Shown piece after piece: positions 12,171-24,779 of a stretch of DNA of 64,000 nucleotides. The notes under the pieces are model-generated. The model saw only the letters and a list, made by a program, of their open reading frames with translations, was not told the DNA's origin and made no database searches. Each line of letters opens with the position of its first letter. Within the stretch, counting starts at the first letter, position 1. The position numbers were made by a program, and so were the translations under genes. Source of the stretch: Octopus sinensis (taxonomy: Eukaryota); assembly GCF_006345805.1 (NCBI RefSeq), contig NC_043009.1, positions 9,920,001 to 9,984,000 of the forward strand, given 5' to 3'.

Positions 12171-12609
12171 TTATCCCTCTTGTAAATGTAAGACAAACAT
12201 TTACTCAACAAAAAGGTATTAAATAATCCCTCGGTTTAACGTTAAATTGATTTCACATGTAATCTGACATAAACATTCACACACGAATACAGATTAGCAT
12301 ATATTTACATATGCTAATGTATCCACACACAGTCATACGCACTCTCACCCACACAGAAATACATATATATCCAACCAGCCAACCACACACACACGTATAT
12401 TAATATATATTATAGTAGAAGAATGCACACTTATTTGTGTGTACATCGCATGTTATTGGCAAAATATTAGGTTCAGTGTAAGATTGCAGTTAAAACGTAT
12501 AATCCCAATAATTTGTAGATTTAATGCAAAGTGATTGGTGCGTAAATCTATGTTGTGGATTTATTGTCTAGTAGTACAGACCCATAATTATTATAACACA
12601 CACACACAT

Positions 12610-12655
<46 letters not shown>

Positions 12656-12885
12656 GCACTAACGTTGGAAAATTACCCAAGGGTGCCTGTGGCGAACACC
12701 TAGTTAGTGCATGATAGCAATATTTAAGGTCGTATGCCATAAATAAGTTAATAAATCAATTGAAATTATAACCGAAATGCGATGAAATGTCATTCAACAT
12801 TTAAATCAAAATTAATTATAACCATGCGCAGGCACACCGAATTATAAAACACACAGAGAAATATACTGAGAGAGAGTGAGAGAGA

Positions 12886-12923
<38 letters not shown>

Positions 12924-13649
12924 AGGACACTGAGCAAAAATACAAATTGATGGTGAGTTTGCAATGTAAAACTGAAAATCCGCAGAGACATATCGGCTGC
13001 TACGGTCAGCCAACATCACAACAAACACCTGTCCGTCTTCGACGTTTACACACCAACACAATTAACCAGGTACACACACGCATTTCAGACACCTACATCC
13101 TAATTATCAGTATGATTAACATCGAGGTCTTCTAAAACATGAAAATAATAAATATCTATAGAGGACATCGATGCTAAAAAATCAAGGTGGAATTATGATT
13201 TGTTTATTTATTTATTTACGAGTGTAGAATAATATTAAAATCGACATAGGAGGGAAAAAATGATTGTGTAGGAGTAGAGATAATCGTACGAAGCAGTGTG
13301 GGGGAGGGTCTATGTGAGATGTATGTTGTTTAGTCTTAGATCAGGTCTTTAGATCTCAATGATCAAAGACATTTCAATCGGGACCGTCTCGATTTTTTTT
13401 TTTTTGTGTGTGTGTGCGTTCAGTTGTGTGTGTGCATGTATGTGTGTGTGTGTGTGTGTGTGGTGTGTGTGAGCGCGGGTGCATCTGTCCAGGTTTACAT
13501 TATCCAACGTGTCTTTGCTTTCGTCTAAGACGGCAGGGTGTGAGTGACCGAAGGCAATTAGGCCATTTCTTGTAAGACCAATGCAGAGGTTCCGTGATGT
13601 ATGTATATATGTGAAGTAGAGAGAGAGAGAGAGAGAAAGAAAGAAAGTA

Positions 13650-13686
<37 letters not shown>

Positions 13687-15419
13687 AAGAAAGAGAGAGA
13701 GAATGAGAGGGGGGAGGGAGATGCTGAATAAATAAGGATTTTAAACTGGCACAAGGCCACAAACGTGTTTAGAAGGGAGAGGTGTGGCCCAATAGGCCCA
13801 TTGCATCGACTCCGGTAAAGATACCACGAACATTTTTTTTCTTTCATTGATTAAAAAAGATAAAAGACAGAAAAAAAAACCCAACCGTGCCACACAATTT
13901 GACAGGTGTTACAAGATACCAAGCTATTTGGTAGACACGTTTTATTGCTTTATGCTCCCTGCAGCGCCGAAGAAATTATATAATGATGACAACACTGAGT
14001 GGAATAAATACAGGATAACAACCATAACACGATGATAGCAATTATAATGAGGTTTAGAACACGAATAGTAATGATTGTAATAACGATGATAACAGCAGTA
14101 AGGAACCTTGTTGAGGTTGTTATATATATAAGAGATTTGTTTGGTATGCAAAAATAATTAGGCTCAAAACATGGGCCTCATACATTAAGATATGCAACCA
14201 CAGCTTTTGAGAACGATATCAACAATAAATTTTATTGAGAACTCGCCAACGAGGGGCGGCTCCGACTCGATCGTTTGATTTGGTCAAAATAGCAGCCAAA
14301 CCTCCCTGAAGTCACTCCTCCATCGCCTCAAATGATGTAGGATGCATTGAACAGTGTAGTCATTGATTGGTATACAAACAAACGGAACAGTCACGAGTGG
14401 AAAGTCTTTGATTACTCCTTTTCAATCTGAGTTGACATGAAACTAGCAAGCACACAGATGAAGAAATTATGGGTTAACCCGGTATGAGACACCTTCGTGA
14501 CGGTCAGTTTGAGATACAGAGGCTGTCACGGAACCAATGACTGCTGCTGCACCCATTCATGCAATTAGGTGCAGCTGATGTTGGTATCTGGGAATAAGAT
14601 GGATAGGTGGGCAAGACACAAGAACAGAATGCGATTGCTTGGACCCATGGACACTTAAACAAATATAAACAGAGATTCGGTTGACAGGAGTTGATGTTTG
14701 CTGCTGTGGCAGAGAACCGAACCAAATGGTTTTTTACGTTAACAGTTCAATCCACGTCAGATTACACTTGGGTTCATCTTTAGCCATCATCCTGTAAGGG
14801 ACGACGAAATAAATACTATAACAACTACACTCCTTTTCCTTGATGTAAATGGTATTTTGTGGGTAGAACAATGAAAATTCAGAAATATATCTTAAAAGAA
14901 ATACTTACATAGTACAGCGACAGCATGAGATTCGAACATTAAGAGTTCGTCAGTCCGAGATCTGTTTTCCAAGAGCACACTGTAAGGTGGATCAGGTTTA
15001 CGATAAACCCTATAGCCTTTGCTGAGCGACATTGTGTAATTTCAATATATTTATTATTATATACTTTACTTTTTAACTCTAAAATCTATCAGCGCTGGTT
15101 GATGAGATCGAAAGATCGATGTTAGCAAAAGCAAGAGAAAGAAAATGAAATATACATATAATGTAAATGTGTTATTTGCTATCAAAGGAAAGCGAAAAAA
15201 AAAAAAAGCTACAATCTAAATGAATGGAAAGGGTATTAGGCGGTCTGTTTGCGTTGTGGTGGCTGTTATTTGTGAACAATATTTGTTAGTGTCAATTTGA
15301 AAATGTACAAATGAAGCGAGGATGCATGGTAGACATGATGGAGCATTACTTCCGCGATTCACTCACACAGGCTGTGCTGGAGAGGGATTTTGTTTAATAT
15401 ATATATATGTATTACTTAT

Positions 15420-15907
15420 TAGTATCTCGCTTCCTGTCCCCCTCCTTTCAATGGCTCACCCTATCCTCCCACTATCTTCTCACTCTACGTTTTCCTTTCC
15501 TTCTACCATTCCTCTTATCATTTATGTATCTTTCACTCTGCTTTCATTATCTCGTTTTCCTTTTCTCCTCTGCTACCTTGCTCTCTCTCTCTCTCTCTGT
15601 CTGTCTCTGTCTCTCTCTCTCTCTCTGCCTGTCTCTCTCTGTCTGTCTCTCTCTGTCTCTGTCTCTGTCTCTCTTCTCTCTCTCTCCTTTCATTACCACA
15701 TTTTTCTTTTCTTCCCTTACTTCTTTCTCACGCCTTCCTTTCCATTATCTCCTTTTCTTTTCCTATCCTGTCCCGCTATTTCTTTTCTCTTTCACTCATT
15801 TTCTTCATCACACATTTCTACCCTTTCTTTTCTTTCATTCTTTAAATTATCTCGCTTCTTTCTCTTTTCCCCCTCTTTCCGTCCTTTATACCTTTCTTTC
15901 ACTTCTC

Positions 15908-15942
<35 letters not shown>

Positions 15943-16262
15943 GTGCCCTCACTTTTACTTCTTTTTCTCTTCCACTGTCTTATCTCTATTTTAATTCCTT
16001 TTCTTTATCTTTTCTTTCTCCGCCTACTACTCCTCTCCTTTTCTTTCTCTTCTTTACTCTCTCTCTCTCTCTATTTTTCCATACCCCCCTCCCACCTTTT
16101 TTGCCTTTCCTTTATCTCCTCTTCATCCTTTTCCTTTATCATCTCCTCTCGCCTTTTCCCTTTCTCTTTATTTCTCTCTCGCCTTTTTCCTTTACCTTTT
16201 CTCTTCTTTCACTTTCCTCCTATTTCTCTCTCTCTCCCTCTCTCTCTCTCATCTCTTTCTCC
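15420..16262 (+). repeat. About 840-bp polypyrimidine/(CT)n tract
   Basis: Almost continuous C/T-rich sequence with (CT)n runs. Confidence 0.9.
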
Positions 16263-16272
16263 TCACGTACAG

Positions 16273-16380
16273 CCTGACGAGACTACGGCGAGATCTCGCT
16301 GCTGCTGCATCAGATCGGGTTCAACTGACGCTGCCGAGGCCAGTTCGTCCTCAGTCGCCGGCCAAATGCTTCATCTTTTA
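16273..16380 (+). other. Candidate exon or regulatory island (CpG-rich unique sequence)
   Basis: Follows the polypyrimidine tract and CTCACGTACAG acceptor; open frame LTRLRRDLAAAASDRVQLTLPRPVRPQSPA; no convincing plus-strand donor. Confidence 0.3.
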
Positions 16381-16384
16381 TTTA

Positions 16385-16625
16385 CCTTTACTTGCTGCAA
16401 TCATTGAACTGCGGCCATGCTGGGGCACGAAACAGAATGAGGCATTCTTTCGATATAACGCCATCGACCCTAGTACTTATTATTTTAAAGTTCTAGCGGT
16501 TCGTTTTGTCGAATATCTAAGTTACGGGGACGTAAACAAACCAGCACCGGTTGCCAAGCAGTGGTGAGGCACAAAAAACAAATGCGTATGTAGATGTATA
16601 TGCGCACACACCACACACACACACA
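16385..16625 (-). mobile_element. SINE family A 3' half, diverged
   Basis: CTGCGGCCATGCTGGGGCAC ... AAGTTACGGGGACGTAAAC match. Confidence 0.6.
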
Positions 16626-16792
16626 CACGCATTTTTTTTTGTCAGACATTAGATTGTGGCCATGCTGGGGCAACGCTTTGAAGAATTTCTGTGGAACAAA
16701 TCGCCCCCCAGTATTTATTTATTTTTTTTAAAGCCTGTTATTCTATCTTCGGGGCTAATGCAGTTTCGCAACTCTCCCAGAAAAATGCATTT

Positions 16793-17041
16793 GGTACTAC
16801 TTGAGAACAGTGGTCCCGGCGCGCGCACTCGCGTCGTCGCGCATCCGCGCTAGCTAGTCATGACTAGTCGATCCTTACTTTGTATTTTTGTGTTATTTTA
16901 CTTTGTTTAACAAAAATTATTTGTGTAAAAAAAATTGATTTTGTGATTTATTTACTTTGCTAGGTAGTCGTTGTAGGATCGACTAGTCACGACTAGCTAG
17001 CGCGAGTCCGCGCACCGGGACCACTGTTCTCAAGTAGTACC
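16793..17041. mobile_element. GC-rich MITE with GGTACTAC termini and 8-bp TSD
   Basis: TIR GGTACTACTTGAGAACAGTGGTCCCGG; TSD ATGCATTT at 16785-16792 and 17042-17049. Confidence 0.9.
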
Positions 17042-17612
17042 ATGCATTTTTTTGAAAAAATTTTTTCGGATTCCTACGTTTTAGATGTTGGAGATTACGA
17101 ATATGCAAAAAAATTTTTTTTTTTTAATTTGCCCCCCCCCCCCTTCCTTAAAATTTTTGATTTTGATTACTTTAAAGAGACCATAGCGAATTGATGAACA
17201 TTCAAATCGAAATTAAATCCAGACAAAAACATTTAAGTGAAGAGAATTTGCGTTTTATTTGTGTAAATAAGAATTTAATGTAAATTAAATACACCATTTT
17301 ATGAGAAACAAACATTAATGTTAAATAATTAATGTTATAAAGTTTAATAAGGGGCTCAAATTTCACCCACTCCCCCAATTTTAAATTTTGAACTTTTTCA
17401 TCCATTTATTTATTTGTCTATCTATTTATCTCTGTCCGTTTATTCATAAAATATATTTGTCAACTAAATATAGCGGTCCTATAGAGGACGGTGTTACTGT
17501 TGTTTTTAGCCCCAGGAAGACATTCATATCTATTTCTTTATACACCTATCTATATGCCTTGTAGAATTTAAAATTTGAAAACGTTGTTTCTTGCATATTC
17601 GGAATCTTCCTC

Positions 17613-18017
17613 GGATCTTTTCGGTTTGAACGGCAGTTTTTAACATAATTTCTAGGTACCTAAACTTCGTATACTGGTAGAATGTGTTTATAAAACATCT
17701 TTTTCTCTTGGCTTTATTGAGAAAATTCTATAGTTTGTAAGATATTTGTTTTTTTTTTTCTTCAATTTCTGCAATTTCAACCAATCACTGACGTCCATTG
17801 AGGTAAAAAAAAAAACATTCTGTGCCGTATGAATATGTCCCTCGTTTAAGAAACAGATTGGGTTTATTTACATTTGTGAAGAAAAAAAAGATACCCTTCC
17901 CCCACCCTAACCCTAAAACAGATTGAAATGCAATAGATCGATACTAGGGTCATAGTTATGGGTGACAATTTCATATGAAACCGCTTGAAAAAACTGCCGT
18001 TCAAACCGAAAAGATCC
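17613..18017. mobile_element. GGATC-MITE (~405 bp; TIR GGATCTTTTCGGTTTGAACGGCAGTTTTT)
   Basis: 29-bp TIRs; flanks TCTTCCTC/TCTCCCTT match at 6 of 8. Confidence 0.9.
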
Positions 18018-18473
18018 TCTCCCTTATCTAAAACATAAGGGGAAAAAATTTCGAAAAAGTTCAAAATTTTAGGAGGGGAGTGGTGGTGGAGAGTTAATTT
18101 TTTTTTTCTGCATATTCGTAATCTCCAACATCCAAAACGTAGGAATCCGAAAAAATTTTTTCCAAAAAATGCATTTTTCAAGGCGAGGTGCGAAATTGCA
18201 TTAGCCCTCTATCTTCCACTGTTGCCGAACCGCTTGGTAACAGGGACGTAAACACACTAACATCAGTTGCCACATCCATTCACTGGGCTTTAGTTGGTCC
18301 AGGGCTATTGTAGAAGAGACTTGTCCAAGGTGCCACGCAGTAGGACTGAACTCGGAACCATGTAGTTGGGAAGTAAACTTACTACCATACAGCCACGCTT
18401 GTGCCTATATTATTTCTTTTTTGTTTCTGATGCGTAAAGGTGATTTCTTTGCTTGTAGTTTAAGTTATTACAA

Positions 18474-18580
18474 CAATTGCCGCGTGGAAGGTGTTTATAA
18501 GCCATTTAAGAAACGAAGTGAATCTAACGGTTTTTGTGTGTTTCTTAAATGACTTACAAACACCTTCCATGCTGCAATTG
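18474..18580. repeat. Inverted repeat, 41-bp arms, 25-nt spacer
   Basis: 18474-18514 versus 18540-18580, 4 mismatches. Confidence 0.85.
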
Positions 18581-18838
18581 TTTTCGTTCCAGCACACGAT
18601 CTCAGATCAAGTCACTCGCTATGCAAGTACATCTCCGTAATAAGTTATTACAGTGGTTGCTTAACCCCAGTTGTATCCCTGATTGAGCAGGTAGGGTATG
18701 GAATATTACATTATCTAATGTGTCCGTTCTAATGGTGCTGCCGCTGGTTCTGTTCGTGTTTCTGCTACTGCTAGTATTGGTACTGTCGTCTCTGCTACTG
18801 TAGTAGCCATTGGGGAAGCTGTTGATGTTGCTGCTGCT

Positions 18839-19190
18839 GTTGCTCGCAAGATGGGAGAAGTCCGAAAAGTGGTCCTTTGCTATTCGTAAGACCCGCAGAA
18901 GAGAAAGCAGGTCAACCCCCAACACCGAGAGCATCGACGGATGGATGAATGCGCATCCAGGCTCAGTGGTTGCGTAGGCAGTCGGGGACAAGAAACAGCA
19001 AGAAAGAGCGAGAGAAAGTTGGAGCGAAAGAGTACAAAAGGGGTCGCCACCCACCCCCCTCTGCCGGAACCTCGTGGAGCTTTAGGTGTTTTCGCTCAAT
19101 AAACACAGACAACGCCCGGTCTGGGAATCGAAACCGCGATCCTCCGACCGCGAGTTCGCTGCCCTAACCACTGGGCCATTGAGCCTCCAC
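18839..19190 (-). mobile_element. SINE family C variant with 17-bp TSD
   Basis: TTGATGTTGCTGCTGCT at 18822-18838 and 19191-19207; tRNA-like head at the right end; similar to 57342-57652. Confidence 0.85.
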
Positions 19191-19384
19191 TTGATGTTGC
19201 TGCTGCTATTAGGGTCGGCGAGTACCTCAGCTTCATAGACGACTCCCTTGTTTTCGCAGTGGCCTCCTACATGGCCACTCTTGTGGTTCCTGCATGAGCA
19301 TCCTGCCTCCGCACGTGATCTAGGGGGATCTAACTAGAATGTTCTTAATATTGGGGGGGGGGGGCACAGCTAAAAGAGACCCTA

Positions 19385-19746
19385 AGGTTGTGATAAGTAG
19401 CTTGTTTACCAACCACATGGTTCCGGGTTCAGTCCCACGGCGTGGCACCTTAGGCAAATGTCTTCTACTATAGCCTCGGGCCGACCAAAGCCTTGTGAGT
19501 GGATTTGGTAGACGGAAACTGAAAGAAGCCCGTCGTATATATGTATATATGGATGTGTGTTTGTATCTCTGTGTTTGTTCCCCCAACATCGCTTGACAAC
19601 CGATGCTGGTGTGTTTACGTCCCCGTAATTTAGAGGTTCGGCAAAATAGACCGTTAGAATAAGTACTAGGATTACAAAGAATAAGTCCTGGGATCGATTT
19701 GCTCGACTAAAGGTGGTGCTCCAGCATGGCCACAGTCAAATGACTG
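19385..19746 (+). mobile_element. SINE family A
   Basis: Match to 1-425 with a slightly clipped head and tail. Confidence 0.85.
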
Positions 19747-20129
19747 TTGTAATATTAGTGTGTGTGTGTGAACGGAGGGGAGAATTACTGATCAAAGAGG
19801 TTGCTTTTTACGATATGATTTGGGTAGTAATGATGGCATCTTGTGTTACTACTGCTCGTCATATGAGAAAAAAAATCTCATTAGCTTAACCTTACAGACA
19901 CCAGATTTAAGTATTAATATATGCACCCTGAGATTCAGAATGGATAAGTATGCCAATCAAGAAGGATTTAATTTATTAATCAGACACACACACACACAAA
20001 AAAAGGTGAGCATAGTATGTTAAATCAGTTGACTAAATCGATAAAGTAATCACCTAATTATCTCCCTTGCACTTTCGGTTTGTGTGTTGCGCAAGGGAAA
20101 ATGTCGAGTCTTATATTATTAATAGTTAC

Positions 20130-20518
20130 TCTTTTACTTGTTTCGGTCATTTGACTGTGGCCATGCTGGAGCACCGCCTTTAATCGAGCAACTCGACCCC
20201 GGGATTTATTCTTTTGTAAGCCCAGTACTTATTCTATCGGTCTCTTTTGCCGAACCGCTAATGACGGGGACATAAACACACCAGCATCGGTTGTCAAGCA
20301 ATGCTAGGGGGACAAACACAGACACACAAACACACACACGCTTATATATATATATACATATATACGACGGGCTTCTTTCAGTTTCCGTCTACCAAATCCA
20401 CTCACAAGGCTTTGGTGGGCCCGAGGCTATAGTAGAAGACACTTGCCCAAGGTGCCACGCAGTGGGACTGAACCCGGAACCATGTGGTTGGTTAGCAAGC
20501 TACTTACCACACAGCCAC
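20130..20518 (-). mobile_element. SINE family A, full length
   Basis: Match to the family consensus. Confidence 0.85.
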
Positions 20519-20534
20519 TAATAATTTCTTCCTT

Positions 20535-20750
20535 CTTCTATAGTAGAAGGCCTGAAATCTTGTGTGGAGTAGGATAGTCGATTAAATCGACTCTAGTGCT
20601 CAGCTGAGAGCTGATACTTATTTGACCGATCCTGAAAGGATGAAAAGCAAAGTCGATCTCTGTGGCATTTGAATTTACAATATCAACCCGGAAGAAATGT
20701 CGCTAAGTATTTTTTCCGACGCGATGACGATTCTACCAGCTCCCACCTTT
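20535..20750 (-). mobile_element. SINE family B, diverged
   Basis: GAAAGGATGAAAAGCAAAGTCGA core. Confidence 0.6.
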
Positions 20751-20774
20751 TTAATGATTATTATAATAATGCTT

Positions 20775-21191
20775 GGATCTTTTCGGTTTGAGCGGCAGTT
20801 TTTAAAATAATTTCCACGTAACTAAACACTTTTAAACTTCGTATACTGGTAGAATGTATTTATAAAACATCTTTTTCTCTTGGCTTTATTAACAAAATTC
20901 TATAGTTTGTAAGATATTTGTTGTTTTTTTTCTTCAATTTCTGCAATTTCAACCAATCACCGACGTCTATTGAGGTAAGAAAACATTCTGTGCCGTATGA
21001 ACATGTCCCTCGTTTAAGAAACAGATTAGGTTTATTTATATTCGTGAGGAAAAAAAGATACCCTTCCCCCACGCCTAACCGTAACCCTAAAACAGATTGA
21101 AATGCAATAGATCGATACTAGGGTCATAATTATGGTTGACAATCTCATATGACACCGCTAGAAAAAACTGCCGTTCAAACCGAAAAGATCC
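20775..21191. mobile_element. GGATC-MITE with perfect 8-bp TSD
   Basis: TAATGCTT at 20767-20774 and 21192-21199. Confidence 0.95.
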
Positions 21192-21879
21192 TAATGCTTT
21201 CTTCATTAACTACAAGGGTCGACAAAAGCATCGAGAACGTTACGGAGCGATACAGTGTGAGGTTACATAAAAACTGTTTTAAAAATATAGAAATTATAAA
21301 ATTTTTTTTAAATAAAGATAAATTCCCCCCATAGAAGGTTGTCCTTCGATGGCTATTCATGGAAATCCACAAAACAATGTTCTCTCCCAGGGTGTCATGC
21401 TGATTTTCTGATATCACACTTTTTCTTTTTTCTTTTTTCAACTTCGCTCTTTTTATTGCCTTCACAGTGTTTACCGTTTTACAAAATCAAACTAGAAAAC
21501 TGGACAAAACAGAGAAGACAATTGAAAAAAAAAAAAAAGAAAAAAGAGGAAAAAGGAAAACAAAATTCATATTGAATAATCTGTAATAGCTAAATTTGAT
21601 ATTAATATTCTGGAAAATGGTTATCTTATTGCCAACGATGGGATTAATAATTCTTACTTCTTGCAAAAATACAAAATTTACCCCTAAATGAGAAATGTGG
21701 AAAGAAAATTTGGTTAGTGAAACCATTGGTGTTGTAAAAGATTTTTCTTTTCCTTTTTTTTTTTTACTAAACTTAATAGCCATATATTTTAGGAAATAGA
21801 GAATATGCGTCCGTGTTCTTTCCCAAAAGCGTCGGTGGACTAAGTGGGTTTCATGGAATTAAAACTACGTTAGTTTCTG

Positions 21880-22036
21880 CAGGGGCGTAACTAGAGTGTG
21901 TGTACTATCCAGGATAACCCCTTAGGTTTATTCTCTCTCCCCAGCCCCAACCTATACAGGCTTATTATACAACAGACCAAAATGTGCGCCCTTGTAAAAG
22001 CGTGCCCCCCTCCCTCACTCACTAGCTACGCCACTA
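21880..22036. mobile_element. Small hAT-like MITE
   Basis: CAGGGGCGTAACTAG ... CTAGCTACGCCACTA imperfect TIRs; no TSD found. Confidence 0.4.
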
Positions 22037-22109
22037 TCAGAGTTTCATTTTTGTTGAGAGATTACGGCCCTCATTGTATCAATGCTGTAACAATTTATAC
22101 AGATGGCTG

Positions 22110-22520
22110 GGATCTTTTCGGTTTGACCGGCAGTTTTTTAAAATAATTTCCACGTAACTAAACACTTTTAAACTTCGTATATTGGTAGAATGTGTTTATA
22201 AAACATCTTTTTCTCTTGGCTTTATTGAGAAAATTCTATAGTTTGTAAGATATTTGTTTGTTTTTTTTCAATTTCTGCAATTTCAACCAATCAATGACGT
22301 CTATTGGGGTGAAAACATTCTGTGCCGTATGAATATGTCCCTCGTTTAAGAAACATTGAGTTTATTTACATTTCTGAAGAAAAAAGGATATCCTTCCCCC
22401 TAACCCTAACTAATCCTAAAACAAATTGAAATGCAATAGATCGATACTAGGTTCATAATTATGGGTGACAATTTCATATGACACCGTTAGAAAAAACTGT
22501 CTTTCAAACCGAAAAGATCC
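22110..22520. mobile_element. GGATC-MITE with perfect 8-bp TSD
   Basis: GATGGCTG at 22102-22109 and 22521-22528. Confidence 0.95.
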
Positions 22521-22659
22521 GATGGCTGTCTTTGTTGTTGAAGACATGTATATAATACTTTAAAAAAAAACGTAGTTGAAAGACATTTAGTTTCTCTTTT
22601 GGGCGAATAGATTGTCTAGAAATTGCTGATTGGCTAGTATTCACCCATCAATACATTCT

Positions 22660-22885
22660 GACCTTTACCCTAACAAAAGCGTCTCTGTGTCGTTGCTCAC
22701 ACTACTAGAAATAGCAAAAGTTCCCCTCAAAGCTACACCTTACCATCTTAAAAAGGGAAGAAGGCATTGAATAATGCAATCCTATATTGAGAATGCCAGA
22801 AAAAAAAAGAGTTGATAGTCAAGGCTGGAACGCCTCTATCCATAGCTCTGCTCCATCACGACTGACCTGAAGCTAAACCATCTCT
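22660..22885 (+). mobile_element. SINE-like repeat (family D), diverged
   Basis: CTACTAGAAATAGCA...GCTGGAACGCC...CTGACCTGAAGCTAAAC; a weaker relative lies at ~14270-14460. Confidence 0.4.
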
Positions 22886-23061
22886 AGCTGTATCACCTTA
22901 GTGTGCGGTCTACCGCAGCATCCATAGTCTGAGAAATGACCTGGGTTAAGGTGGAGCTAAACCGTATGCTGAAGTGTCAATGTCCAAGTAGACTGTTCTG
23001 TCTCTTCCCTATGTTTTTCCACCGATACTTTACGAGATTCTACTCCTCAGCTAGTTGTATA

Positions 23062-23299
23062 ACTTATTTCTTTACTATCCACAAGGGGCTAAACACAGAG
23101 GGGACAAACAAGGACAGACAAAGGGATCAAGTCGAGTATATCGACCCCAGTGCGTAACTGGTACTTAATTTATCGACCCCGAAAGGATGAAAGGCAAAGT
23201 TGACCTCGGCGGAATTTGAACTCAGAACGTAACGACAGATGAAATACGGCTACTCATTTCGCCCGGCGTGCTAACGTTTCTGCCAGCTCGCCGCCCTAA
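23062..23299 (-). mobile_element. SINE family B, full length
   Basis: Close match to 37333-37570; near-TSD CTAGTTGTATA/CTGGTTGTATA. Confidence 0.9.
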
Positions 23300-24216
23300 C
23301 TGGTTGTATATCACCTTTGCTTCATACGTGCGTTCGTCTCTCCTTTTCTTGGCATATATTTTATGCATCTCCTCCCAGTCTCCACATTGTTATACCCAAT
23401 TATACTTTGTAAGAATAAAAACACTTCGGAATCCTGCTTCTGCCTACGTTCGTGATATTGGCAAGTCACGAGTCATACAGTTGTTTAATCTACACATTCA
23501 CTGCATCAATCTGACCAGCATCGGAAAATTAACGACCATCATTGGCACAGTTTTTGCCTCCCGACCAACACTATAATAGCAATTCTTTGAAATTTAATAC
23601 AAGGCCAGAAATTTTGACTTGAAGGTGAACGTCGATCACTGAACTGGTACTCATTTTATCTATCTTGAAAGAATGAAAGACAAAGTCGACCTCGGTGGTA
23701 TTTGGGTTCAGAATATAAAGAGCCGAGAGAAATGCCGCGAAGAATTTGATTCTGCTAGCTCTCCAGCTTAATGGTATTTTCTAATATAGGCACAAGGCCC
23801 AAAATTTTGGGAAGGAGGGCTAATCAATTAGATCAACCCCACAACTTGACCTTATTTCATCGACATCCATACTTGACTGTTACTTATTTCAGCGACTCAA
23901 AATGATGAAAGGCAAGGTGCACCTCGGCGGAATTTGAACATTTTGTTTGACAGTAATCTCGAACCTTTGTCGGCTGGTACAACATTGATCATAACTCTGC
24001 TCGATCCGGACTGACCTTTGTCGTTCTCCTTCAAGCTAAGTAAAAACCATAATTTAAGAATTACTCATCGCAGTACCAACAAAATACTTTTTGATATTAA
24101 TGATCAGTGAATCACAAGTTTCACTATTCATGCTAATATGTGAATCATATATTCTTGTTTGACATGTGAAATAATGGCAGTACAGTTAAAAAAAAGCCAG
24201 CAATGGCAACTAATTG

Positions 24217-24257
<41 letters not shown>

Positions 24258-24289
24258 AGAGAGAGAGAGATGTGTGTGTGTGTGTGTGT

Positions 24290-24510
24290 GGAAAAAGTGT
24301 TTGTTTTTGTGCTTCACTCCCACTACTGCTTAACAACCGGTGCTGGTGTATTTACGTCCCTATAACTTAGCGGTTCGGCAAAAGAGAGCCGATGGCAAAA
24401 GTACTTGATTATTGAAGCTCGTTCTTTCAGTCTCATTCGACTAAAATATTCTCTAAGGCGACGCCCCAGCATGGTCGCAGTCTAGTGATTGAAACGAGTA
24501 AAAAAGAAAA
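24290..24510 (+). mobile_element. SINE family A 3' half
   Basis: AACCGGTGCTGGTG...GCATGGTCGCAGTC...GAAAC. Confidence 0.6.
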
Positions 24511-24779
24511 AGAACGGAATTTACTCCTGAAATTTGAAAATTATGCAAAGAAATGGAACTTCGTTGATGTTTAAATGTTCAGCAATTACAATTCTTACAA
24601 AAGGCATTAACAGAAAATGCTGCGCCGACAAATGTCAAAGTAAAAGAATAGCAGAAATTGTTAACCTTTAAAATCCACTTCTTTGTAGCGAAATGTGACT
24701 AATACTCCTCCTTCCCCTTCTCATAGGGAAGAGAAGGAGATGCAAATTAACTGTTGAAGCTGGTATTTCTTGCAGTTAT

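Larger units (their letters stand above)
16751..18207. mobile_element. Non-autonomous DNA transposon with ~165-bp TIRs (MULE-like)
   Basis: Left end GGGGCTAATGCAGTTTCGCA..., right end ...TGCGAAATTGCATTAGCCC. TIR homology continues at 17042-17165 versus 18060-18180. TSD TCTATCTTC at 16742-16750 and 18208-18216 (9 bp; 8 bp if the end is drawn at 18208). Confidence 0.8.
16630..18405 (-). mobile_element. SINE family A split by a 1.46-kb DNA-transposon insertion
   Basis: Tail half at 16630-16750 and head half at 18208-18405 join at the duplicated TCTATCTTC. Confidence 0.7.

Noticed and set aside
14480-14830. Weak resemblance to an RTE C-terminus
   Set aside because: Too degenerate to support by eye.
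15322-16407. 361-aa Leu/Ser/Phe-rich ORF resembling a membrane protein
   Set aside because: An artefact of the stop-free polypyrimidine tract.
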